A stretch of DNA of 64,000 nt, from contig JAGTQB010000001.1 in NCBI GenBank assembly GCA_018396995.1, forward strand, positions 67,584 to 131,583, read 5' to 3'. The position numbers and the translations under genes are program-made. This document shows, piece by piece, positions 45,801 through 54,174 of the stretch. The stretch's first letter is position 1, and every line of letters starts with the position of its first letter. The notes beneath the pieces are model-generated. The model was not told where the DNA came from and searched no databases. It was given only the letters and a program-made list of their open reading frames with translations. Origin of the DNA: Candidatus Bathyarchaeota archaeon (lineage in GTDB: Archaea; Thermoproteota; Bathyarchaeia; Bathyarchaeales; DTEX01).

Positions 45801-46112
45801 CTATTCTTTCTCTCCCTCAAGAAGCCATTTTAGAGGTATATCTTGGTAAGTTCCATCCGGGAGAGTTCTACGGATTGTTATTGGAAGGACACCCCGTTTT
45901 AGCTCTTCAAGAGCAATATCTACTGGACTCTTCATATTCTCTTTAACTTCTACCAGAATGGGAGCGCCCATAGCTATCTGTAGCGCCCTTGCACCAACAA
46001 TCCTAGCTTTTTCAAAGCGAGTGAGCTTTGGTGGACCAATTAAAACTCTCCTTTTACTTTCAGCGTATAAGTTCTTGATCTCCTGAGATTCTTGGAATGA
46101 AGAGCTAATAAT
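45801..46112 (-). CDS. rpoK: DNA-directed RNA polymerase subunit Rpo6 (RpoK); the start codon is unresolved
   Basis: It is not in the ORF track. Reverse translation gives [54 protein letters not shown]...[25 protein letters not shown]..., the Rpo6/omega-like core. The frame is open only from 46121 and has no ATG/GTG/TTG before the conserved LTRFEKAR block. ATT ATT (46112-46107) follows TAAGGAGGAGGG. Confidence 0.8.
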   Translation of the reverse strand: MISSSFQESQEIKNLYAESKRRVLIGPPKLTRFEKARIVGARALQIAMGAPILVEVKENMKSPVDIALEELKRGVLPITIRRTLPDGTYQDIPLKWLLEGEKE

Positions 46113-46278
46113 CCCTCCTCCTTATTAAGATCTCACCTTAGGAATTAAGTTTTTTAAGCGACTTAATATATTTGATGCACACTAAAACATTTAAAGTAAA
46201 TATAAATTTTACGATGTTTACTAGCTTACTTAGGCATGATAAAGGTTTAAATGTCACGGCTATTATCGCTATTAAGGG

Positions 46279-46986
46279 TTGAAGATGTTTCAGGAGAAAT
46301 CAAAGGGCATAAGGTTTAGTGACGTTGTACTTATCTTTGATAGAGATTTAGGTAAACTTGTGTTTCGAGATTTTAAAGGGTATGGAAGTTTATTGGATGA
46401 TGCAGAGTGGTTGCTTGAGAGAACCCCGCAGAGATCGTGGGGCTTCATGATGCGGCCAATTATAAAAGAGGGAAGTTATGGTCTCTGGATAGGAGAATAT
46501 GAACCAGAAAATAATAGGGTGGTCCGAGAGGAAGTGCATTTTAGTAGGGGTGCCTCAACTATAAGTAAACTTCTCCTAAGGTATGCTGAGAATAAAATTA
46601 GTGAAAGAGTCATTAATAAGATGTTGAACGTGGATACGCTCAGAAATAAACTGCCTGAAAGCAATATAATTCAAGATTTCAAATACTTTATTTGCCCAGA
46701 GGAGCGACTCTATAGTAAGTGTCCACGCATAGAGGAGATATACAGAGCTATTTTAAAGAGATCTAATTCAGTCTCAAGACTCCATTACTCCCAGGTGGCG
46801 GAGATTATCTCGAGAATCAATAAATGTAATGATGTAATAATTTGTCCATTAACAGCGCCGCCAAACGCTTTTGAAAGACTTTTTACCCTCAATAAGGTTT
46901 TAAGGAGTAGAAGGATGGGAGAGATAAACATTTATGAGAATGTAATTAAGGTGTTTCAGCATTGCCCCCAAGGAGAATCTTTTTAG
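46279..46986 (+). CDS. Hypothetical protein (no recognisable domain)
   Basis: A 235-aa ORF with TTG 46279 or ATG 46285 as start. Composition is coding-like and I recognise no motif. Its 3' end overlaps the convergent Mut7-C gene by 41 nt. Confidence 0.4.
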   Translation: MKMFQEKSKGIRFSDVVLIFDRDLGKLVFRDFKGYGSLLDDAEWLLERTPQRSWGFMMRPIIKEGSYGLWIGEYEPENNRVVREEVHFSRGASTISKLLLRYAENKISERVINKMLNVDTLRNKLPESNIIQDFKYFICPEERLYSKCPRIEEIYRAILKRSNSVSRLHYSQVAEIISRINKCNDVIICPLTAPPNAFERLFTLNKVLRSRRMGEINIYENVIKVFQHCPQGESF

Positions 46987-47446
46987 CCTGATCTAGAGAA
47001 CTATTTATTTTCTTCCAGTGGCTACCCTTCCAATATACTTGCCCACATCCAGTACACATCCAAAATTCATCATGCATCTTATATGTTGAAGGAGGCACTC
47101 TATCCTTAACACTCTCCTTACTGACAGATTTAATTGCAGAATTACATTTAGGGCACCGTGACCGCTCAATATCTATTTCTAGCCTAATGTTGAGTTGTCT
47201 TGATAAATCCGCCAGCTTCTCAGTGTGGGTCCTCCCATTCACAAAGACCGCTCTAACTCCGCTGGCATTAGCCTTTCTAAAAAGCTGATAATCCCTAGTT
47301 AATATGATTCGCTTCTCCTCAGCGGCGATTCTAAGTATCTCCTTATCATCTAGATCATCGGCATATTTTATATCGTAGCCGAGCATTCTCAACCACCTAG
47401 CAACTTTGCCAAGCATTCCATCAGCGATGAGCTTCATATCACTCAT
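46946..47446 (-). CDS. Mut7-C/DUF82 PIN-like RNase domain protein with C-terminal zinc ribbon
   Basis: 166 aa with the MKLIADGMLGKVARWLRMLGYD signature, then CPKCN...CTGCGQVYW. Confidence 0.75.
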   Translation of the reverse strand: MSDMKLIADGMLGKVARWLRMLGYDIKYADDLDDKEILRIAAEEKRIILTRDYQLFRKANASGVRAVFVNGRTHTEKLADLSRQLNIRLEIDIERSRCPKCNSAIKSVSKESVKDRVPPSTYKMHDEFWMCTGCGQVYWKGSHWKKINSSLDQAKKILLGGNAETP

Positions 47447-47453
47447 AAATCCT

Positions 47454-48782
47454 TCACCTAATTATTTTTCCACATCCAGGCTTAGCAACTATTTCTCCTT
47501 CATCCATCACTAATACACCATTTACAAATGTTTTTAGGGGCTTTCCTTTTACGCGCCATCCATCAAATGGTGAAAACTTTGCCTTAGAATAAAATTCTGT
47601 CGGATCTATAGTCCACTCCCTTTTTAGATCTACGACAACTAGATCCGCATAAAATCCCTCAGCTATTTGACCTCTACCCTTGAGCCCAAATATCCTTGAG
47701 GGGTTCTCTGAGAGAACCTTGACCAAAGTTGACAGCGATATTTGCCCTTTATTAACCATCGTAAGCATTAAGGGAAGCATGGTTTCAATCCCCGAGATTC
47801 CAGCTGAGACATCCCATACTGAAGAAGCATCCTTCTCCTTAAATGCGTGGGGAGCATGGTCGGATGCAACAATATCAATTAGACCATTCTCTAATGCCCA
47901 CTGCAAGTATAGAACTTCAGATAATGGTCTGAGCGGCGGGTTCACGAGCGCAATATTGCCAATCCTCTTTAAATTTTTCTCCGAAAGGAGTAGATGGTGT
48001 GGTGTGACCTCGCATGAAACTGAGATACCGCGAGACTTCTCACGCAGTATGGTTCTTAACCCCTCAGATGTGCTGACATGGCATACGTGTACATGGGTGC
48101 CGGATCTTTCAGCGATCCTCATTGTGCGCCTAATCCCTTTAACCTCAGCCTCAACAGAGTGGACCTCAAGGTAAGCCTCAATGTCGCTCCGACCCGCTAC
48201 CTCCTTAAATTTTCTTAGGAGGAGAGAACCATCCTCAGCATGTACAGCAACTGGGAGATTAACCTTTGCAGCTTCTTTAAAAGCGTTTATCATCTTATCT
48301 TCATCATTAGGATCTATGCCACCAACCTTATGGGAGAGAAAAGTCTTGAAAGCTTTTGCTCCTGCATGAGCTATTTGCCCTATCTCATTAATGTCTTCGG
48401 GGAAAGCGGAGTAAAAGGCCACATTGACAACTGTCTTTCTGGATGCTATCCTCATCCTCTCCTTAAGGGCTTCTAGGCTCATCGTTACAGGCTTATTATT
48501 GGGCATATCAATGACTAAAGTTACACCTCCATTAGCGGCGGCACATGTTCCAGTATAAAAGTCTTCCTTATATGATAGATCTTGATCTCTTAAGTGGGCA
48601 TGAACATCTATAACTCCTGGAAGAATAAACGTTCTATTTAAGTTGATTTTTTCCGAGGCGCTTGGGAGGTTTACTTCCTTAGCAATCCTAACTATTTTCT
48701 CTCCATCAATAGCTATCCCGGCATCAATAACCCTGCCGCCAATATATACTTTTGCCTCTTTCAGAACAAGGTCTACACTCAA
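47454..48782 (-). CDS. pyrC: Dihydroorotase-type cyclic amidohydrolase
   Basis: 442 aa with GVIDVHAHLRD (HxH), AFK.F, VHAED, H.CH.S and SDHAPH blocks. Confidence 0.8.
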   Translation of the reverse strand: MSVDLVLKEAKVYIGGRVIDAGIAIDGEKIVRIAKEVNLPSASEKINLNRTFILPGVIDVHAHLRDQDLSYKEDFYTGTCAAANGGVTLVIDMPNNKPVTMSLEALKERMRIASRKTVVNVAFYSAFPEDINEIGQIAHAGAKAFKTFLSHKVGGIDPNDEDKMINAFKEAAKVNLPVAVHAEDGSLLLRKFKEVAGRSDIEAYLEVHSVEAEVKGIRRTMRIAERSGTHVHVCHVSTSEGLRTILREKSRGISVSCEVTPHHLLLSEKNLKRIGNIALVNPPLRPLSEVLYLQWALENGLIDIVASDHAPHAFKEKDASSVWDVSAGISGIETMLPLMLTMVNKGQISLSTLVKVLSENPSRIFGLKGRGQIAEGFYADLVVVDLKREWTIDPTEFYSKAKFSPFDGWRVKGKPLKTFVNGVLVMDEGEIVAKPGCGKIIR

Positions 48783-48845
48783 CTTTTATCGCCCAAAAAT
48801 CGGGATCCATAACCAATGAAATTATATTTAGATGATATCTAAAAA

Positions 48846-49433
48846 TTACTTCTCTTTCATTTCTACATAGCAGTCCTCACAGACATATGCTCCGTTAACC
48901 TCTTTAAGACTATCTGACCAAGCTCCACAGTAATCGCAGTATCCTGCCAAAGATAGTTTTTCTTCTGATTCCTCGCTAGCTGAGATTTTTGCTCTCTCCT
49001 GAATTATCTCGATTAGCTCTGGTGTAACTGAGAGTATATCCTCGCTGGTAATTATGCCCACAAGCTGCCCCTTATACATAACTGCAAGTCTTCTTACATC
49101 GTATCGATTCATTTCTCTAGCAGCTTCGCTTATAGTTTTCTCCGCGTCAATTGTTATCAGTGGTGTGCTCATTATCTCTTTCGCCGTGATCTCGCTTGGT
49201 CGAATGTTCTCAGCGACAACTCTCGTAACAATATCCTTCTCAGTTATTATGCCTACAGGTTTCCCATCCTTAGTACTCACAATAATGCATCCAATATCGC
49301 TTTCCTTCATTAATTTAGCGGCTTCTTGAGCGGATGCATCTTCACTAATTGTTATCACTGGACTACTCATGACGTCTCTTACTAGAAGCCTAGAGCCTAG
49401 ATCAAGTCCGTCCATCCCAGCCCCTCTCTTCAT
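48846..49433 (-). CDS. CBS-domain pair protein with C-terminal zinc-ribbon
   Basis: 195 aa with two CBS repeats, then CDYCG...CEDC. Confidence 0.7.
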   Translation of the reverse strand: MKRGAGMDGLDLGSRLLVRDVMSSPVITISEDASAQEAAKLMKESDIGCIIVSTKDGKPVGIITEKDIVTRVVAENIRPSEITAKEIMSTPLITIDAEKTISEAAREMNRYDVRRLAVMYKGQLVGIITSEDILSVTPELIEIIQERAKISASEESEEKLSLAGYCDYCGAWSDSLKEVNGAYVCEDCYVEMKEK

Positions 49434-49581
49434 TTAAGAGAAAAATCAACATACTATTTATCTTTTTGGTGTAAAAGCGTTTATTGCGATTACTTCGTTT
49501 TAATCAGTTATGTTTAGTCAGAAATATTATTCAAGAGATTCGTGAAGCGGACTTGGGAGGATGACGTTTACCATAGGCCCA

Positions 49582-50130
49582 TTATAGGAGATGAAGATCC
49601 TTGAGAGAACATACAGTTGAAACCTCGTGGTAAATACGCTTAATTCTTTCAATTGCCGGGTGATTTGCACCTAATTCTTCCATAAATCGTTTTATTGTCT
49701 CCCCGATTGGAACAATGCTTGTTCCCTCAACCATTTTGTCAGCGCATGAAACTATCTTCTCCTCAATAGTCTCTGGTATATAGTCCTTCTTTGGCCAACC
49801 TAATTTAGCAGCCTCTTCCGAGGATATTCCCCCTCCAACATGTCGTTCTATAATTGCTATAATTTTCTCCGGTAAGCCGAGGGACCGAGCCGTCTCAGCG
49901 CCGATGATTGCGTGATGAACGCTATGAGTCTTTGATCTGCCTATATCATGTAAAAGGGCTCCGATATGAACTAATTGTACATCCAGTTTTACTCCTTTTT
50001 CCAGGCATTTATTGGCTATTTTGACGGCTAATCTTGCAACTGCCTCACAATGTCTTACTACTTCATCGGAGCAGCCTACGCTTCTAAGAATCCTGAGAGC
50101 CTCCTCAGGCGAGGGCAGTCTTTCACCCAT
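49582..50130 (-). CDS. HD-domain phosphohydrolase (archaeal TIGR00295-like)
   Basis: 182 aa with H...ALLHDIGR, the HD motif. It has an 8-nt overlap with the upstream tfe. Confidence 0.7.
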   Translation of the reverse strand: MGERLPSPEEALRILRSVGCSDEVVRHCEAVARLAVKIANKCLEKGVKLDVQLVHIGALLHDIGRSKTHSVHHAIIGAETARSLGLPEKIIAIIERHVGGGISSEEAAKLGWPKKDYIPETIEEKIVSCADKMVEGTSIVPIGETIKRFMEELGANHPAIERIKRIYHEVSTVCSLKDLHLL

Positions 50131-50632
50131 TCAGCTCACTTTTAATCTTCTCAATCTTCTTCTTAATAGCCTCTATAATTTTGCTATTATCGTAAAATAC
50201 TAATGGCTTATTGCACTTTGGGCATCTAAATAAATATTCCGTTGCTTCCTCAAATGATAGACGCTTGCATCCCGGGGTATGGCAGTAGTAAAAGCTGTGG
50301 CTCTCCTCATACTTGAGCCTCTCTTCAAGCTTCTCTAGTATCCGTCTCTTCTGACTTATTATGAAGCCTTCAACCTGGTCTAACTGGGCCCTCCAGTAAA
50401 ACGTAAACCAGCCTGTATTCGTACTTCTAACTCTCCTCAACCCAACCAGGGAGAGCTCATAAAGCCTATAGAGTATCTTCCGGACATCATTAAGTTTTAT
50501 TCCAGTCTTAGATACTATCTCATCCTCTGTTAGCTCCTCATTTTGGCTAAGAACCTCCATTATTTTTGCTGCCTTTTCGCCACCAATCGCATGCGCGACC
50601 TTTATTAGTGTGTCATGGCTTATAATTGGCAT
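50123..50632 (-). CDS. tfe: Transcription factor E (TFE alpha)
   Basis: 169 aa. It has a winged helix (LTEDEIVSKTGIKLNDVRKILYRLYELSLV), W.TFYW and a zinc ribbon (CHTPGC...CPKC). Confidence 0.85.
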   Translation of the reverse strand: MPIISHDTLIKVAHAIGGEKAAKIMEVLSQNEELTEDEIVSKTGIKLNDVRKILYRLYELSLVGLRRVRSTNTGWFTFYWRAQLDQVEGFIISQKRRILEKLEERLKYEESHSFYYCHTPGCKRLSFEEATEYLFRCPKCNKPLVFYDNSKIIEAIKKKIEKIKSELNG

Positions 50633-50720
50633 GCTTAATCACATCGAATATTCAGCAAATATAAATATTGTTGATAGAGAACTTAAATTAATCGGGAACT
50701 TTGGAATAAACTTATAGCTT

Positions 50721-51293
50721 TTAAAATAACCTTATGACTTTTTTCCCTCTTGCCTGCGGGATAACCTTTATCCTAGCATTCTCAAATTCTCTTTTGAGTT
50801 CTTCTCCCATATATAGTTCATGTAGGAAAACGCTTAGAGCTCCGACCTCAGAATGCGGTTGCAGGGTTATTGAGACATTCCAGTCAGCGAGATCGTAGAC
50901 TAATCTCGGAACCTTTTCTCCCCCAACAATGATAAGTTTATCCTTTTTAGACTTCCTTATTTCTTGAATGACTTCATTTAATGGTAAACCATACATTGTT
51001 AAATGTATAGCCTCGCCACCCATCTTTTTCCACTCTCTTATCTTTTTGACCCACTCCTCAACATACTCTATACTGAAAGGGCCTCCCCACGACTCCACGA
51101 CTTTTCTAATACTCGCCTCAACTTTCTCATCCTTTTGCCCACTATAAAATGCTCCGTGAGCACCAAATGCTCTAGCGACAAGAAAAACATGTGTTGTAAT
51201 GCGCTTATCCCTCTCAGGTCTATGCCCAAGTCTAAGGACAAAAACCTTCCAACTATGTTGATGACACAATTTTTCCACCGACTCTTTCAACAA
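50721..51293 (-). CDS. tRNA (cytidine56-2'-O)-methyltransferase aTrm56
   Basis: It has VLRLGHRPERDKRITTHV.LVARAFGA, WGGPF, HLTMYG, IIVGGEKVP, QPHSEV.AL and IPQARGKKV. The true start is probably TTG 51269. Confidence 0.9.
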   Translation of the reverse strand: MLKESVEKLCHQHSWKVFVLRLGHRPERDKRITTHVFLVARAFGAHGAFYSGQKDEKVEASIRKVVESWGGPFSIEYVEEWVKKIREWKKMGGEAIHLTMYGLPLNEVIQEIRKSKKDKLIIVGGEKVPRLVYDLADWNVSITLQPHSEVGALSVFLHELYMGEELKREFENARIKVIPQARGKKVIRLF

Positions 51294-52512
51294 GCGCCAT
51301 AATCTTCTCTATAAGATTCTGCGGCACACCAATGTATACTTTTAGAGAATCATTATCGTATCCTATTCTATGCACCTTCGTATTCTCATATATCCAAGAG
51401 AGGAGAGAAAATGATTCCTGTTGCAGGGGCATTGTTATAGTTAAATCCTCATACCTTTTAAGGGTCTTAGACATCTCCATTTTGAGTAAATCAAGGTTAA
51501 CCCCATATAAGGCTGATATTGGAACGAATTTTAAGTTCTTATAGGCTTCACTTAAATATGCGACCTTATGATACAATTCATCCTTCGATAATAAGTCGAT
51601 CTTATTTAATGCAACTATCATCGGTATCCCCATTGCATCTATCTTTCTCAACGCATCAAGAGAAGATGCAATTTTTCTCATAACCTCATCAATTGTCTCA
51701 CTTATATCGACTACTAATAAAATTAGATCAGAGCAAGTGATCTCTTCCAATGTTGAGTAAAAGGCTTCGATTAAGGTTATGGGCAAACGTTCTATGAAGC
51801 CTACAGTATCCGTAATGAAAGCCTTCTCACCAAAAATATCCATAACTCTTGTCGTTGTAGACAACGTTGTGAAGACCTCTGGTCCAGTTAGAACCTCCTC
51901 TCTTGTGAGGGCGTTAAAAAGCGTGCTCTTGCCAGAGTTAGTGTATCCTGCGAGTGATATGAGGGAAAGACCAAGCTCAGCCCTCCGCGCCCTATGAACC
52001 TGCCTTAACCTTCTAATCTCCTTAAGCTTCTCCTGTATTTTATGAATCCTCCTTTTAATCTCATTATAGTAGACATCTGCCTCATATTTGCCCAATCCAT
52101 GGAAGCCTGGTTGCTCGCCCATCTTAGCAAGCCTAACCTTCTCCCTGGCATGGGCTAGCTCATACTGCAGCCGTGCCAATTCAATTTGGAGTTTAGCCTC
52201 TTTAGTCGAAGCCCTCTTAACAAATATTTCAAGAATTAGCTGGAAGCGATCAATAACTTCTACATTAGTTGCTTTAGCAAGATTATATATTTGAATGACT
52301 TTAAGGTCATTACCAAAAATTATTTTCTCCGCCCCGAGATTCTTAACCATCTGGGTGAGCTCTTTAACCTTTCCCGGACCAATATTATAGCGTGGATGGG
52401 GGAACCTTGTCTGTTCAATAACTCCAACAACTTCGTAGCCAGCTGCCTCGGCTAAACTCTTAAGCTCCTCTATGCATGATTTCTCAAAGGGCCCTCTGCG
52501 ATAAACTAGAAT
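51253..52512 (-). CDS. hflX: GTPase HflX; the start codon is unresolved
   Basis: The track ORF begins at ATG 52350, but the frame is open up to 52527. That stretch encodes ARTRAILVYRRGPFEKSCIEELKSLAEAAGYEVVGVIEQTR...GPGKVKEL, the HflX N-terminal domain. The G domain follows: GYTNSGKSTLFN, DTVGF, NKID. The 5' end is set at ATT 52512 provisionally. Confidence 0.85.
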   Translation of the reverse strand: MLVYRRGPFEKSCIEELKSLAEAAGYEVVGVIEQTRFPHPRYNIGPGKVKELTQMVKNLGAEKIIFGNDLKVIQIYNLAKATNVEVIDRFQLILEIFVKRASTKEAKLQIELARLQYELAHAREKVRLAKMGEQPGFHGLGKYEADVYYNEIKRRIHKIQEKLKEIRRLRQVHRARRAELGLSLISLAGYTNSGKSTLFNALTREEVLTGPEVFTTLSTTTRVMDIFGEKAFITDTVGFIERLPITLIEAFYSTLEEITCSDLILLVVDISETIDEVMRKIASSLDALRKIDAMGIPMIVALNKIDLLSKDELYHKVAYLSEAYKNLKFVPISALYGVNLDLLKMEMSKTLKRYEDLTITMPLQQESFSLLSWIYENTKVHRIGYDNDSLKVYIGVPQNLIEKIMALVERVGGKIVSST

Positions 52513-52527
52513 CGCCCTAGTCCTAGC

Positions 52528-53055
52528 CTACCCCTCCTCATCCCCCTTTATGTGGACAACTTCGCCAAACGTAACTCCTCTTTTACTTCTCATAGCCATG
52601 TTAGTCGACTTGTCTAGATCAATCTCAGGCTGCTTAACCAACAATTTTATCTTCAATGCACGTTCAAGCTTAGTCGCTAGCCTAATGTCAGGTACGATTC
52701 TTTCACCTTCAATCTTCTTAATCACGGACTCCTTCTCTCCAATAATTTTGCCAAGATCCTCTGGCGTTAAGCCCAATTTCTCACGTGCTCTTTTAATTAC
52801 TGAGCCAAAGCCCTCAACTATCTCATAATCATCTTGTATTTGCGTCTGCGTTTGGGAGTATTTACCGCTGACAACTGATTTTATGCTTCTTGATAATTTT
52901 GGGGCAGCCTTTTTTGCAAGGTTCTCTTCTTTTCTAGGGGACCAGTAACCTGACCCAAGCTTAGCACACTCAGCACATGTAATAACATTAGCTCCCTCAA
53001 TGATCACTCTATGCGGCTTCCCTATAATTTTTCGGCCACAGACATCGCACTGCAA
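52528..53055 (-). CDS. Multiprotein bridging factor 1 (aMBF1): zinc ribbon plus cro/C1-type HTH
   Basis: 175 aa with the N-terminal CDVCGR...CAEC and a C-terminal HTH (LGLTPEDLGKIIGEKESVIKKIEGERIVP). Confidence 0.85.
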   Translation of the reverse strand: MQCDVCGRKIIGKPHRVIIEGANVITCAECAKLGSGYWSPRKEENLAKKAAPKLSRSIKSVVSGKYSQTQTQIQDDYEIVEGFGSVIKRAREKLGLTPEDLGKIIGEKESVIKKIEGERIVPDIRLATKLERALKIKLLVKQPEIDLDKSTNMAMRSKRGVTFGEVVHIKGDEEG

Positions 53056-53135
53056 TGTAGAGCACCCAACTACTTATAAATATTTTGGCTTCAACCTTAA
53101 AAACTATTTACTTAAATTTTTACTGAAAAATTTAT

Positions 53136-53654
53136 TTGGCGAGAATCTTGGAGGGAAATGAGAGGCTCGTTCAAAGGAGCATTCTAGAGCGTATAAGAAA
53201 AATAGCCAATTATCAGTTTGGCGGAAACGTTGGAGAGAAATTGTTCCCCGAAGATGTTAAAGTCATCTTTTCTAAGAGGACTGGTAGAATAAGATACGTC
53301 TATTCTGGTGGGAGGCTCCTAGCTGCGCTAAATCCAACGACGGGGCTCTTTACACTCACAATTGAGGGTGCGAGAAGAGTCTTCTCATCCATGGAGCAGA
53401 AGCGTCTCTGGGTTAAAGTTGACGATAGCGTTGTTCCCTTCATTGAGAGGGGAAAGGATTTGTTTGCTAAGCATGTAGTAGATGCCGATGAAGATATTCG
53501 CCCCGGAGAAGAGGTTTTCGTAATAAATAGCAATGGAGAGATCGTGGCAGTCGGCAGGGCGCTACTCTCCGGCAGTGAAATGAAAGTCTTCAAGAGGGGG
53601 GTTGCAGTAAAAGTGCGTAGAGGTAAATGCGAAAAACAAAATACGGAAGAATAA
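53136..53654 (+). CDS. PUA-domain protein related to the C-terminal region of archaeosine tRNA-guanine transglycosylase (COG1370-like)
   Basis: 172 aa with IANYQFG..VG..LF, then the PUA block V.PG.EV.V....GE..AVG.A..S..EM....G.AVKVR. Confidence 0.6.
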   Translation: MARILEGNERLVQRSILERIRKIANYQFGGNVGEKLFPEDVKVIFSKRTGRIRYVYSGGRLLAALNPTTGLFTLTIEGARRVFSSMEQKRLWVKVDDSVVPFIERGKDLFAKHVVDADEDIRPGEEVFVINSNGEIVAVGRALLSGSEMKVFKRGVAVKVRRGKCEKQNTEE

Positions 53655-53680
53655 TCAATCTCTATTGGTGATGTTAAGCC

Positions 53681-54022
53681 ATGCGGAGACTGAGCCCACG
53701 GGAGGCTAAGAGACTTTTACAGCGTATGGGCCTAAATATGACGGCTCTCGAAGCGAATGAAGTAGTAATTAAGGCGAAGGATAAGGAGATAATAATAGAG
53801 GAGCCTGAAGTTGCCGTTCTTGAAGTTCAGGGACAAAAAATATTTCAAATAACTGGTGGGAAAATAACTGAGAAAAGTATTGCGAGGAGGATTCAGATTC
53901 CAGAAGAGGATGTTATCCTGGTTGCCCAGCAGGCGAATGTTAGCCTAGAGGAGGCGAGAGCAGCTCTTGAGCAGACTGGTGGAGACCTCGCCCAAGCAAT
54001 ACTCCTCTTAACCCAAAAATGA
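53681..54022 (+). CDS. nac: Nascent polypeptide-associated complex protein (NAC alpha homologue)
   Basis: 113 aa. It has a NAC beta-barrel region (VVIKAKDKEIIIEEPEVAVLEVQG) plus a C-terminal UBA (EEDVILVAQQANVSLEEARAALEQTGGDLAQAILLL). Confidence 0.85.
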   Translation: MRRLSPREAKRLLQRMGLNMTALEANEVVIKAKDKEIIIEEPEVAVLEVQGQKIFQITGGKITEKSIARRIQIPEEDVILVAQQANVSLEEARAALEQTGGDLAQAILLLTQK

Positions 54023-54174
54023 GACGAGTACATTCAGTAATTGAATCATGGTTGGCGCTCAGATAGTAATGGAGAATCTAAAAACGGTCTATTATATGCT
54101 TTGAACTAGAATAAATATAAATATGCTGTATCCCAAGACTACTTAATTAAAGACGTGTTTAGGAGAGAAAATTC

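Noticed and set aside
45716-45946. A 76-aa plus-strand ORF listed in the track.
   Set aside because: Its 5' part overlaps the 5S rRNA and the rest is antisense to rpo6. It is a spurious frame.
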